Part shown: one piece after another, positions 23,022-32,694 of the stretch
How the letters are laid out: every line of letters begins with the position of its first letter
Numbering within the stretch: position 1 is the first letter of the stretch
Position numbers and translations under genes: made by a program
The notes under the pieces: generated by a model
What the model saw: only the letters and a program-made list of their open reading frames with translations
Database searches by the model: none
What the model was told of the DNA's origin: nothing
Assembly (NCBI RefSeq): GCF_001194135.2
Contig: NC_068984.1
Coordinates: forward strand, 51,484,084 to 51,516,777
Reading direction: 5' to 3'
Source of the DNA: Octopus bimaculoides
Taxonomy: Eukaryota
DNA length: 32,694 bases

Positions 23022-23325
23022 TGCAAGGGAGACAACTGCGCTGGTATGGACAGCTGCATAAAGAAGTACCAATCTCTAACTGTGGAGGGAACTTGTGGGA
23101 GAGGTAGACCCAGGAAGATATGGGATGAGATGGGAAAGCAAAATCTTCAAATGTCAGGCCTCATGGAGGCGATGACAAGTGATCAAGACCTTTAGTGAGA
23201 TGCTATGCTTGAGAAGATTCATTAAGCCATGTGAAATTGTATTCATGGCCGATGCCAGTGACACATAAAAGCACCCATGCTAGTGGCACATAAAACCACA
23301 CATGTCGGTGGCACATAAAGAGTCC
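23022..23325 (+). mobile_element. Degenerate RTE LINE fragment
   Basis: gtgcaagggagacaactgcgctggtatggaca...ggtagacccaggaagatatggg, homologous to 17654-17890. Confidence 0.75.
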
Positions 23326-23550
23326 AGTGTTTGTTGCTTTAGAGGTGAGGTTTTTTAATGAAAGACTTAAGGTGAGGTAATCCTGAAAGAAAACTCAAGT
23401 GATGAATTTGCACTACATCTATGACGTGCCTGATACATTATGTGGACATGTGTTCAAGCCTAGATTCACATATTAAGTGATAATCTGCAATTTTGAACTC
23501 TCACTCAAAAAAGTTTTAAATAATAAAGATAAAAGAATAGAATGACTAAC

Positions 23551-23710
23551 CTCCTCTAAACATGCTGGGTTACTTGCCAGGAATTTAGTTTGTTCAGGTA
23601 CACGAGCAAAAGCTTCATTGGTTGGGACAAACAGTGTTACTCTATCATCAGTCTTGAGAGCCTCATTAATAATGGCAATATTAATCATGGACAGGAATTG
23701 TACAAACTTC
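23551..23710 (-). CDS. Fasciclin-I-like gene exon (160 nt, phase 2 to 0)
   Basis: tttttgtattattacag| KFVQFLSMINIAIINEALKTDDRVTLFVPTNEAFARVPEQTKFLASNPACLEE |gttagt; canonical FAS1 H1 motif TLFVPTNEAF. Confidence 0.96.
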
Positions 23711-24231
23711 CTGTAATAATACAAAAACAGTGCAAATATAAGCTAACATACAACAATTTTTGTTATTTAAGCAGCTAAACAGAATTTCATTAAATACAAG
23801 TCATTTAAATGTTTAAATGTCTGAGATGAGTTTTACAGGTGATTATAATTATTCAGATTGTTAATTTCACCCTCACAGCTGACATTGTTTTTTTTTTTTG
23901 TTTTTTACTTTTTCTTTTTTAATATTTCATGGTTACATCCAGACAGTTAAAACCTGTATAAAATAAAATCTTTCAATCAATTTGAACTCCAATTGTTACC
24001 AAGTGTTCAATTCCTAAATATGAAAATAAAATATCTTCATTTTTATAATACATACATACAGACAGACAGATATACAATCTATTGCTCTTATATCTACCTG
24101 TTTTTTAATCTGCTCTTTTATCAAATTTTACTTTGCTTATCAATGTCAAATTAGGACTTAATTAGATATAATTATTAATGTTATATATTCAGTTAACTGA
24201 TGTTACATGTATAATGTTATATTAAAACAAT

Positions 24232-24443
24232 TGTTTCAAATTTTGGCACAAGGTCAACAATTTCAGATGAGGTAAGTCGATTGCATTGACCTCAGGGTTC
24301 AACTGGGACTTATTTTATTGACCCTTAAAGAATTAAAGGCAAAGTCAGCCTAGGTGGAATTTGAACTCAGAACATAAAAACAGACAAAATGTTTCTAAGC
24401 ATTTTTCCCAGCATGCTGACAATTCTGCCAGCTCATCACCTTC
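24232..24443 (-). mobile_element. SINE family B
   Basis: aaattttggcacaagg...atttgaactcag...ctgccagctc. Confidence 0.75.
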
Positions 24444-24461
24444 ATCATCATCATCATCATC

Positions 24462-24615
24462 ATTTAATGTCCATTTACCATACTGGAGCTAGTAAAACCA
24501 GGGTCTGCACCAGGTTCCATTGACTGTTCTGGCATTATTTCTATGGCTAGATACCCTCCATAATGCCAACCACTCCATAGAACTTACTAGATGCTTTTAA
24601 CATGGCACCAGCATG
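24462..24615 (-). mobile_element. RTE LINE 3' UTR fragment
   Basis: (CAT)n then ttaatgtccattt...aatgccaaccactcc...tggcaccagc. Confidence 0.65.
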
Positions 24616-24850
24616 GAGGAGGAGGGGAGGGAAAGGGAAAGGGAGGAAGGATAAGGGGAGGAGGAGATACGGGAGGAGGAGAGGGGGAGAGAAGGGGAGG
24701 AGGAGGAGAGAGAGGACAAGGAGGAGAGAGAGGACAAGGCGGAGAGAGAGGACAAGGAGGAGAGAGAGGACAAGGAGGAGAGAGAGGAGAAGGAGGAGAG
24801 AGAGGAGAAGGAGGAGTAGGGACCAGAAGGAGGAGTAGGGACCAGAAGGA
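24615..24850. repeat. Polypurine tract with an 18-bp minisatellite (GGAGAGAGAGGACAAGGA)n
   Basis: About six units from 24703 to 24810 inside an almost pure G/A tract. Confidence 0.85.
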
Positions 24851-24940
24851 TGATGATGATGATGGGGAAGGAAGATGGTGCTTGTGATGGTGACACAATA
24901 ACAGCAAGGAAAAGAAAAGTATGAAAGAGTTCTTACTTAC

Positions 24941-25085
24941 GAGGCACTGACATCATTTCGTATTTCTTCCATCACTGAATTGAACACATATCCAAGCATT
25001 CTGTCAACTACATGGATAACACCATTGGAAACAGATATATTGCCAATAATGATGTTGGCTGTCGAGTCTCCAGAAAAGACAGACA
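24941..25085 (-). CDS. Fasciclin-I-like gene exon (145 nt, phase 1 to 2)
   Basis: attttcgtttttcag| (V)SVFSGDSTANIIIGNISVSNGVIHVVDRMLGYVFNSVMEEIRNDVSA(S) |gtaagt; H2 motif SNGVIHVVDRML. Confidence 0.95.
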
Positions 25086-25149
25086 CTGAAAAACGAAAAT
25101 ATAGGTGAACAGTCACTTTTTAAGTGGAAAAAATATGTAGTTTTGAGTA

Positions 25150-25498
25150 TGTGTCTGAGGGCAGGTGGGTGTGCGTGTGTACGTGGTGTATGTGCCTGTG
25201 TTTGTATGCATGTTGGTGGGGCATATGTTTGTATGTGGTATTCGTGTGCAATGTGTGTATGTTTGCACATATGTAGTGTGTGTGTGAGAGTGCATTTGTG
25301 AGGGGAGTGTATATGCTGTATTGGGAGTGGGGAGAGGGTTTTAGGGATTGGGTTGTGTATTGTGCGTATGTGAGTGTGTGTGCATGTGTGTTTGTATGTG
25401 GTGTGAGTGTGTGTGATCATGTGTGTATTCATGTTTGTGTTGTGTGTATGTGTGTGTGTGTGTTAGTGTGATGTGTGGCTGTATGTGGTGTGTGTGAG
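25150..25498. repeat. Degenerate (TG)-rich low-complexity tract
   Basis: Visible composition. Confidence 0.8.
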
Positions 25499-25559
25499 TA
25501 AGCCCTGTAAAAGAACTCAGAAGGTTGGCCTCCAGCCAGGCCTTTCACAATACCCTTAA

Positions 25560-26161
25560 CCCTTTAGCATTAAAACTGATCATATCTGACTAAAATATTT
25601 TACCTGTCTTATATTGAAACTGCAGGATCTGGCCGTTCCCCTCTTCCCTACAATGTCAGTCTAAAACAAAGCAATCTCATCATTGAAATCACTAAACTAC
25701 AAGACAATGTATGATTAACTTAAAACAATTGTTATTGTTGTTGTTGCTGTTGGCACTCCGTCACTTACGACGTCGAGGGTTCCAGTTGATCTGATCAACG
25801 GAACAGCCTGCTCGTGAAATTAACGTGCAAGTGGCTGAGCACTCCACAGACACGTGTACCCTTAACGTAGTTCTCGGGGATATTCAGCGTAACAAGGCTG
25901 ACCCTTTGAATTACAGGCACAACAGGAAGTAAGAGAAAGTTGTGGTGAAAGAGTACAGCAGGGTTCGCCACCATCCCCTGCTGGAGCCTCATGGAGCTTT
26001 AGGTGTTTTCGCTCAATAAACACTCACAACGGCCGGTCTGGGAATCGAAACCGCGATCCTATAACCGTGAGTCTGCTGCCCTAACCACTGGGCCATTGTG
26101 CCTCCACACTTAAAAAAATATAAATAAACAAACATTACAGAATGATCTGAATACTAAAGGG
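25560..26161. mobile_element. piggyBac-type MITE carrying a nested SINE
   Basis: TTAA|CCCTTTAGCATT ... AATACTAAAGGG|TTAA (11/12 TIR match, TTAA TSD). Confidence 0.8.
25731..26107 (-). mobile_element. Full-length SINE family C nested in the piggyBac MITE
   Basis: Collinear with 9439-9824; probable 12-bp TSD acttaaaacaat (25718-25729) / acttaaaaaaat (26108-26119). Confidence 0.85.
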
Positions 26162-26424
26162 TTAAAGCAAGGAACTTTTCAGCAGCCCCTCATATAGTAG
26201 ACCCCATACCCTCACCCCACCTGTGGTATTTCAATGATAGAGGAAGAGGTACAATGGTTAGACTACATTGCATCCTATTAGTATTATTAAACCTTTGCTT
26301 GTGTATCTCAGGTGATAATACACAGGACATTTCCCCAGTATTTATGCATCATATATGATATGTGTTCCCAATTTTTTTTCAACCACCAGAGTAACTTGGA
26401 ACTTTTGAAAGGAAAGTTTTATAT

Positions 26425-26621
26425 TCTCTTTTGTTTGTTTCAGTCATTTGACTGCAGCCATGCTGGAGCACCTCCTTTTAGTCAAGCAAATCGACCCCGG
26501 GACTTATTCTTTGTAAGCCTAGTACTTATTCTATCGTTCTGTTTTGCCGAACTGCTAAGTGACGGGGACGTAAACACACCAGCATCAGTTATCAAGCGAT
26601 GTTGTGGGGACAAACACACAA

Positions 26622-26656
<35 letters not shown>

Positions 26657-26830
26657 CATATATATACGACGGGCTTCTTTCAGTTTCTGTCTACCAAATC
26701 CACTCACAAGGCTTTGGTCGACCTGAGGCTATAGTAGAAGACACTTGCCCAAGATGCCACGCAGTGGGACTGAACCTGGAACCATGTGGTTGGTAAGCAA
26801 GCTACTTACCACACAGCCACTCCTGCACCT
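26425..26830 (-). mobile_element. SINE family A, well preserved
   Basis: Reverse complement of the 1350-1693 type. Confidence 0.85.
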
Positions 26831-27148
26831 GTTAGTTTTTTAATTTTTTTTTTTATCAATTTTCCAAGGCCTAAAGGGCTCTACAAGAGTCTGCACTTAA
26901 TCCCAGTTTCATTATGTGAGGCAAAATAATGATAAATTTCTCTTCCAATACAAATCCACAAGTAACATTTTCTGATGAGCTCTGTACCCATTTCCTGATG
27001 ATGTGGGTGAACTGAATCAATGTAAAATTAAATGTCCAACACTGAAACATTAAAAGTTCCAGGAGATAAAGGGTACTCTATGCTGGATATAGTAACCCAA
27101 TATCCCTTATTTTCTAAAATAAAGAATGATTGTAACTGAAAAGCCTTT

Positions 27149-27300
27149 AATCATTGGATTATTTAGTAGAAAACAACATCAACATCAAATCATAGGGTTA
27201 TTTGGTATAAAACAACATCAACATCAAATCATAGGGTTACTTGGTATAAAACAACATCAACATCAAATCATAGGGTTATTCGGTATAAAACAACATCAAC
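27149..27300. repeat. 39-bp minisatellite, about 4 copies
   Basis: Unit aaaacaacatcaacatcaaatcatagggttatttggtat starting at 27170, 27209, 27248 plus partial copies. Confidence 0.9.
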
Positions 27301-27339
27301 AACAGCCAACTCAAGGGAGTTTGTATCGTCGTAGTCGTC

Positions 27340-27482
27340 ATCATTTAATTAATATCTGCTTTCCATGGGTTAGCCAGTTTGACTGGAACTAATAAGCTGT
27401 AGAACTGCACCAAGTTCAAGTCTGATTTGGCATAACTGTAGAAACCATGCAAAATCAGACTAGAAACTTGGTGCAGTTCTGT
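27340..27482 (-). mobile_element. RTE 3' UTR fragment with an internal fold-back inversion
   Basis: catttaat...tttccatg...gtttgactg RTE end, then an inverted duplication at 27401-27480. Confidence 0.6.
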
Positions 27483-27639
27483 AAAAAATATCACCTATGT
27501 TACCTTGACCTCTAGTTGATTTATTAGACTTAAGGAGTAATAGCATGTGGAATGGGATTAAAATATTGTTCAGTGAACATCTAAAAGTTCTATTAAATTA
27601 GTTTTCGAAAAGCAGATGATTTCACTGTGGAGCACTCAC

Positions 27640-27757
27640 CTTGATCAAATGAATTCTTATATAACAATGGTACAGTTTTAGATGGAATACCACGGATACG
27701 GACATCAGTAGATGAAGTAAAAAGAACCTCGTTACGAATAATACTCTGGTCAATGAT
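27640..27757 (-). CDS. Fasciclin-I-like gene exon (118 nt, phase 0 to 1)
   Basis: ttctcccttctatcgtccatcag| IIDQSIIRNEVLFTSSTDVRIRGIPSKTVPLLYKNSFDQ+g |gtgagt; in frame with both neighbours. Confidence 0.9.
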
Positions 27758-27864
27758 CTGATGGACGATAGAAGGGAGAAAATTAGCATAAACAAAAACA
27801 TGAACAATGGGATAATGGTAATAATCCTTTCTACTATATAATGATAAACCTCTCTATTATATAA

Positions 27865-28083
27865 TAACCCTTTCTACTATAGGCACAAGGCCTGAAATTT
27901 TGTGGGGAGGGCACTAGTCAGTTATATCAACCCCAGTGCTCAATAGGGACTTATTTTCACCAACCCCAAAAAGATGAAAGACAAAGTTGACCTTGATGGA
28001 ATTTGGACTCAGAATGTAAAGATGGACAAAATGCCACTAAGCATTTTGTCCAGTGTGCTAATAATTCTGCCAGCTTGCTGTCT
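27865..28083 (-). mobile_element. SINE family B, CpG-eroded
   Basis: cctttctactataggcacaaggcctgaaattt...ctgccagcttgctg. Confidence 0.8.
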
Positions 28084-28084
28084 T

Positions 28085-29115
28085 CATCATCATCATCATC
28101 ATATAAAGTCTGCTTTCCATGCTGGCATGGGTTGCACGGTTTGACTGAGGGCTGGTGAGCCAGAAGGCTGCACCAGGCTCCAATCTGATCTGGCAGAGTT
28201 TCTACAGCTGGATGCCCTTCCTAGTGCCAACTACTCTGAGAGTGTAGTGGGTGCTTTTTACGTGCCACTGGCATGAGGGCCAGTCAGGCAGTACTGGCAT
28301 CAACCAGGCTCAAATGGTACTTTTTACATGCCACCAGCACAGGAGCCAGTCAGGCGGCACTGGCAATGATCACACTTGAATGGTACTTTTAATGTGCTAC
28401 TGGCACAGGTGCCAATCAGGTGGTATAGTCATCAGTCACAACAACGATTTCACTTGCCGCAACAGGTCTTCGCAAGTGCAGTTTATTGCCCAGTGATTGA
28501 AGGGTATTCTTAAATGGGCTGGTTATGCTACACTGGCATAGGCCATGGTAATGGTCTCACTTGACTTATTGGGTCTTCTCAAGCACAGCACTTGTCATTG
28601 CCTCAGTGAGGCCCAATGTTCGAAGGTCGTGCTTCACCATCTCATCCCAGGTCTTCCTGGGTCTACCTCTTCCACAGATTCCCTCTGCTGCTAGGGTGTG
28701 ACACTTTTTCACACAGCTATCCTCATCCATTCTTGCTACATGTCCATACCAGCGCAATCGTCTCTCTTGCACGCCACAACTGATGCTTCTTAAGTCCAAC
28801 TTTTCTCTCAGGCCACTTACACTCTGTCGTGTATGCACACTGACATTACACATCCAGCGGAGCATACTGGCTTCATTCCTAACAAGCTTACACATGTCCT
28901 CAGCATGTAGCATGGCTGTTTGCACACATGTATCATACAGTTTATCTTTTACTCTGAGTGAGAGGTCCTTTGTCACCAGCAGAGGTAAGCTATTCTTATT
29001 CTAACAGCTACACTTTCAGAGAATCCACCCCAGCTACTGACTAGGTAATGGAAGCTATCAACTACTTGTAGTTTTTCTCCTTGGAATGTGACGGAAGCTG
29101 TTTTCTGCACAGCTG
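28085..29115 (-). mobile_element. 5'-truncated RTE-clade LINE with (GAT)n tail
   Basis: ORF 28566-28976: ASMLRWMCNVS...QERRLRWYGHVARMDEDSCVKKC...GRGRPRKTW, plus 3' UTR. Confidence 0.9.
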
Positions 29116-29117
29116 TC

Positions 29118-29248
29118 TGGAATGGGATTAAAATATTGTTCAGTGAACACCTAAGAGTTCTAGTAAATTAGTTTTTCTGAAAGCAATGAATTCTTATATA
29201 AGAATGGCACAGTTTTAGTTGGAATACCAGTTGGAATATCAGTGGATG
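29118..29248 (-). pseudogene. Degenerate partial duplicate of exon 27640-27757 and its downstream intron
   Basis: Direct-repeat homology to 27548-27714; minus strand TSTDIPTGIPTKTVPFLYKNS versus the exon's SSTDVRIRGIPSKTVPLLYKNS; splice donor deleted. Confidence 0.85.
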
Positions 29249-29267
29249 TCTTAATAATGATAATAAC

Positions 29268-29414
29268 GCTCCTTTCTACTATAGGCACAAGGCCTGAAAT
29301 TTTGGGGAGGGAGGAAGTCGACCCCAACAGCTTTTGAAGTCAAAATGTGAAGATGGTTGAAATGTCACTAAGCATTTTGTCTGGTATGCTAACAATTCTG
29401 CCAGCTTGCTGCTT
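29268..29414 (-). mobile_element. SINE family B with internal deletion
   Basis: cctttctactataggcacaaggcctgaaattt ... ctgccagcttgctg. Confidence 0.75.
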
Positions 29415-29449
29415 TAATAATAATAATAATAATAATAATGATAATAATA

Positions 29450-29735
29450 ATCTCTGTGTTAGACCGAAAAGAGAAAGGGGAGCTTAAAAGCAAACAAAAA
29501 TACAGGGCGCTGAAAAGGAAGTATAATATTGAAAGAAAGGGCCTGAAAGTAGCAGTGGAGGAACTGAAACAGCGCCCCGTTCGTGGAACAAATAGGGGCT
29601 GCAATAAGAGTGGAGCACTTGCAGAAAACAGCACTGCTTGGAACCGCTCGAATACTCCAGAAGGTGTTCAAAAAGTAAGAGGTAGTGAACAGCTGACACT
29701 GTAGTACATCTCCAGCGTTATAAGCTGTGCAATGG
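29450..29735 (+). mobile_element. Internally deleted R4/Dong-like non-LTR fragment
   Basis: KRKYNIERKGLKVAVEELKQR joined to VEHLQKTALLGTARILQKVF-stop, resembling the R4/Dong C-terminus; (TAA)/(CAA) repeats on both sides. Confidence 0.65.
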
Positions 29736-29792
29736 CAACAATAACAACAACAACAACAACAACAACAATAATAATAATAATAATAATAATAA

Positions 29793-30001
29793 TAATCCTT
29801 TCTACTAAAGGCACAAGGCCTGAAATTTGGGAAAGGGGACTACATCAACCCCAGGACTCAACTGGCACTTATTTTATCAACCCTGAAAGGATGAAAGGCA
29901 AAATCAACCTCGGCAGAATTTGAACTCAGAACATGCAGGTGGACGAAATACTGCTAAGAATTTTGCCCAGTGTCTTAACAATTCTGCCAACTCACTGCCT
30001 T
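29793..30001 (-). mobile_element. SINE family B
   Basis: aatcctttctactaaaggcacaaggcc...atttgaactcag...ctgccaactc. Confidence 0.8.
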
Positions 30002-30004
30002 AAT

Positions 30005-30560
30005 TAGGAGACCAGAAATCGGAGCTGGTGAAGTCATAGAAATTCTCCAACAACTACTTCTGACTCTCTCTGGAGGTATGGCAAGGAACTAAATCTTACT
30101 GGTACATATGCTCTCCAGCAGTAACCTTCTCCAGTTAGGATTTGACCATAGTCTCCAGCAGCTTCACATAGCTGTCTAAATTGAGCTTAAGACTCTATTC
30201 AAAGATGTGCATCAATATGGCATCACTCTCATTGAAGACACACCCACAGGTCATCACAGTTTGGAGAAACTTAGCTTTCATGATGCCCATGACATGTCTT
30301 ACAGCCTTTACTACATTCACAAAATATTGAACAGCAGTCATGATGTCAGCATTTTGATACCCAGCATGAATCATTATGATACAGGTAAATGTTTTCCAAT
30401 ATTCAAACAGTTTCCACTTCTCTATGTCAGCTACCTTTCCCTCAACTACAACTTTAATCTGTATGCGTTCCCATATCACTGACTGTTCACCAATACATCA
30501 AGCTGGTCCTGAAAAAAAGGAGACATAAAAAAATTATCAAATTTAACCAGAACATCTTGT
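30005..30560 (-). mobile_element. Decayed Tc1/mariner (maT-like) transposase remnant
   Basis: Minus strand KFLQTVMTCGCV...HIFE*SLKLNLDSYVKLLETMVK...DLVPCHTSRESQK*LLENFYDFTSSDFWSPN, with stops; TIR-like end tacaagatgttctggttaaatt near 30560. Confidence 0.75.
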
Positions 30561-30689
30561 ATACATACCAAAAAGCTAAAGGGTAAAGACCTCCTTCAGT
30601 CATGAATGACCATAGGATTGCACCTAGAAAGTTACCCTCCAAGGCACAAGTCTGGGAAAGGTGGTTTACGGAAGACCAGCAGTCGCCCA

Positions 30690-30920
30690 TGCATACTAGC
30701 CTCTTCTCTCCATACCAAAGATGTTATCCAAGTGAAAGGCAAAGGCCAATACAGCTTGGCAACAGTGACACTGCAACTCATTTCTACAACTGAGTGAACT
30801 AGAGCAATGTGAAATAAAGTGTCTTGCTCAAGAACACAGTACACAACCCAGTCAGAAAATTAAACTCACTACCTCATGATTGTGAGCCCAACAGTCTAAC
30901 CACTGAGCCATGCACCTTCA
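30690..30920 (-). mobile_element. SINE family C-related, degenerate
   Basis: tgagtgaactagagcaatgtgaaataaagtgtcttgctcaag, reverse complement of the 2530-2580 type; tRNA-like head near 30870-30915. Confidence 0.6.
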
Positions 30921-31082
30921 CCACACACACACACACACACACACATGCATGCATGCATACATGTATGTTTGTATGTACAACCAAGTCTCCATGAAGGATT
31001 ATACTTTACCTAATATGCCATGACAATTCAAAATAACTAAGATTAAGCAAGTAATGCAGTGTTTCATTTTAAAGACAACTAC

Positions 31083-31239
31083 CTTTTTTATGCTTTCTTT
31101 GTCATTGCTTAACTGTTCAAGTTTCTTGTCATCAACTTTCTGCATTGCTTCATCAGAGGGTACAAAAAGAGTCATTCTGTTCATATTACGCAACTCATCT
31201 TCAATAACAGAGAACACTTTTATCAACTTATAGAATTTA
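31083..31239 (-). CDS. Fasciclin-I-like gene exon (157 nt, phase 2 to 0), most 5' exon found in the window
   Basis: atttctttaattgcag| KFYKLIKVFSVIEDELRNMNRMTLFVPSDEAMQKVDDKKLEQLSNDKESIKK |gtagtt; H1 motif TLFVPSDEAM. Confidence 0.94.
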
Positions 31240-31419
31240 CTGCAATTAAAGAAATTGAGATGGATATTACATTTAATAAGATAGACATAGTTTTATAATT
31301 TTCAGAAAAATGAAATAGTAAATTATTAGTGGCACCTGGAGAGATTCCATGTTTGATAAATTTTCTTATTTTGGTGTGCAAATTTATATATATTCATCAA
31401 ATTGTTTCACAATCTTTTA

Positions 31420-31625
31420 TCTTTTACTTGTTTCAGTCATTTGTCTGTAGCTATGCTGGGGCACTACCTTGAGGAATTTTCTGTCAAATGAATCAACTCC
31501 AAGACTTATTTTTCTTTTTAAAACCTAGTACTTATTCTATCAGTGTCTTTTGCCAAGCCACTAAGTTACAGGGACATAAACACACCAGTACTGGTTTTCA
31601 AGCTGGTGTGTTCATGTTGTGACAG

Positions 31626-31656
<31 letters not shown>

Positions 31657-31825
31657 TATATACAATGGGGTTCTTTCAGTTTCCATCTGCCAAATCCACT
31701 CACAAGGCCTTGGTCAGCCTACTGCTATAGTAGACATTTGCCCGAGGTTCCATACAGCAGAACTGAACCCAGAACCATGAGGTTGGGAAGCAAGCTTCTT
31801 ACCACACAACCACACCAGCACCTAT
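31420..31825 (-). mobile_element. SINE family A, CpG-eroded
   Basis: Collinear with 26425-26830. Confidence 0.8.
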
Positions 31826-31927
31826 GAAACATAATGTGAAAGATTTTTATGATAGTGAGTTAAACAACAGTTCGTAGGTTGTCCAATATCTTGTGAATGG
31901 AATTGATAGATAGAAACAGAAGCCTGT

Positions 31928-31928
<1 letters not shown>

Positions 31929-31985
<57 letters not shown>
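31929..31985. repeat. (TG)n microsatellite
   Basis: Visible. Confidence 0.95.
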
Positions 31986-31987
<2 letters not shown>

Positions 31988-32389
31988 TGGGGGTGTGCAT
32001 GCATGCGCATGTGTTGTGGGAGAGATTTTATATTTTCTCTTTATCTTACATGTGTTTTGCTGACTGTAAGCAAAATAACAGCTTGTGTTATATGACTGCA
32101 ATCAACTGCAAAAGCACATCCAGGCTTCTTGACATGTCTTGACATGGTGTAAGATCTTTGTCAACAAAAGAGGTTTGTAATTATAGTTAGGCAGTTAGTT
32201 GTTTGATAGACTTGGGGATTATTACTTTACTTGGAACAGGGGAAAGTTGGCAACAGGAAGAGCATCATCTGTAGAAAATCTGCTTCAATAAATCTCATCT
32301 GACCATTGCAAGCAAGAGAAAGTGGAAGTTAAAACGATGATTATACTGGTAATATTGCACTGGTAAGATTATAATAAATTGATCCATAA

Positions 32390-32694
32390 AAGAAACAGGC
32401 TTGGAAGGACTGGAAGAACGGTGGTAGCAGGGAATTGTACCAATGTGCCAGAAGGGAGGCTAGGCGACAGGTTTATTTAGCCAGAGGGGAAGCAGATAAG
32501 GAAAGATTTGCCAATGTTCTGCGCCGTGAGGACCAAAGACTCGAGGTATTTCGTGTTGCAAGACAGTGTAGGAGAGAGAATAGTGATGTTGTAGGAGAGA
32601 AATGTGTTCGCATGGATGATGGTACGCTTGCATTAAATGAGGATGCAAAGAAAGAGGTCTGGAGATGCCACTACGATAGATTGCTTAATAAAGA
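32390..32694 (+). mobile_element. 5'-truncated RTE LINE ORF fragment running off the window edge
   Basis: Open frame KKQAWKDWKNGGSRELYQCARREARRQVYLARGEADKERFANVLRREDQRLEVFRVARQCRRENSDVVGEKCVRMDDGTLALNEDAKKEVWRCHYDRLLNK, resembling the endonuclease-RT linker. Confidence 0.8.

Noticed and set aside
23938-23972. Good-looking minus-strand acceptor (ttttattttatacag) as a micro-exon start
   Set aside because: The following sequence gives an in-frame TAA and has no strong frame-preserving donor.
24587-24907. Gly/Arg/Glu-rich or Pro/Ser-rich repeat ORFs
   Set aside because: Translations of the polypurine minisatellite inside an intron.
27149-27300. CRISPR-like array
   Set aside because: Units are contiguous with no unique spacers, the context is eukaryotic, and there are no cas genes.

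Overview
AT-rich, microsatellite-dense eukaryotic genomic DNA from a gapped draft assembly (N runs at about 1217-1309, 3133-3173, 5751-6235, 16531-16540, 17967-18194, 21849-22255). The repeat style looks like a cephalopod (Octopus-type) genome; that is an inference. The main feature is the 3' part of a minus-strand, intron-rich fasciclin-I-like gene. I traced 9 coding exons by hand (31239 down to 10983; 1396 nt, about 464 aa). All have GT-AG junctions and stay in frame, encoding three FAS1 domains and a GPI-signal-like C-terminus; the 5' exons lie beyond the right edge. A probable terminal exon of a second minus-strand gene ending in KDEL-stop is at 862-980, and a CpG-rich NRF1/ETS-type promoter-like element is at about 7120-7200. 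Introns and intergenic DNA hold tRNA-derived SINEs, RTE LINE fragments, a Dong/R4-like fragment, a Tc1/mariner remnant, and hAT- and piggyBac-type MITEs. Most notable: (1) an inverted pair of Penelope-like elements in a fasciclin intron, one arm carrying an intact minimal hammerhead ribozyme core on the pre-mRNA strand; (2) an RTE insertion flanked by a long direct duplication that copied part of an exon and lost its splice donor; (3) an RTE-derived fold-back hairpin; (4) CpG erosion of repeats that roughly tracks the gene body. All coordinates were counted by eye; repeat boundaries are approximate.
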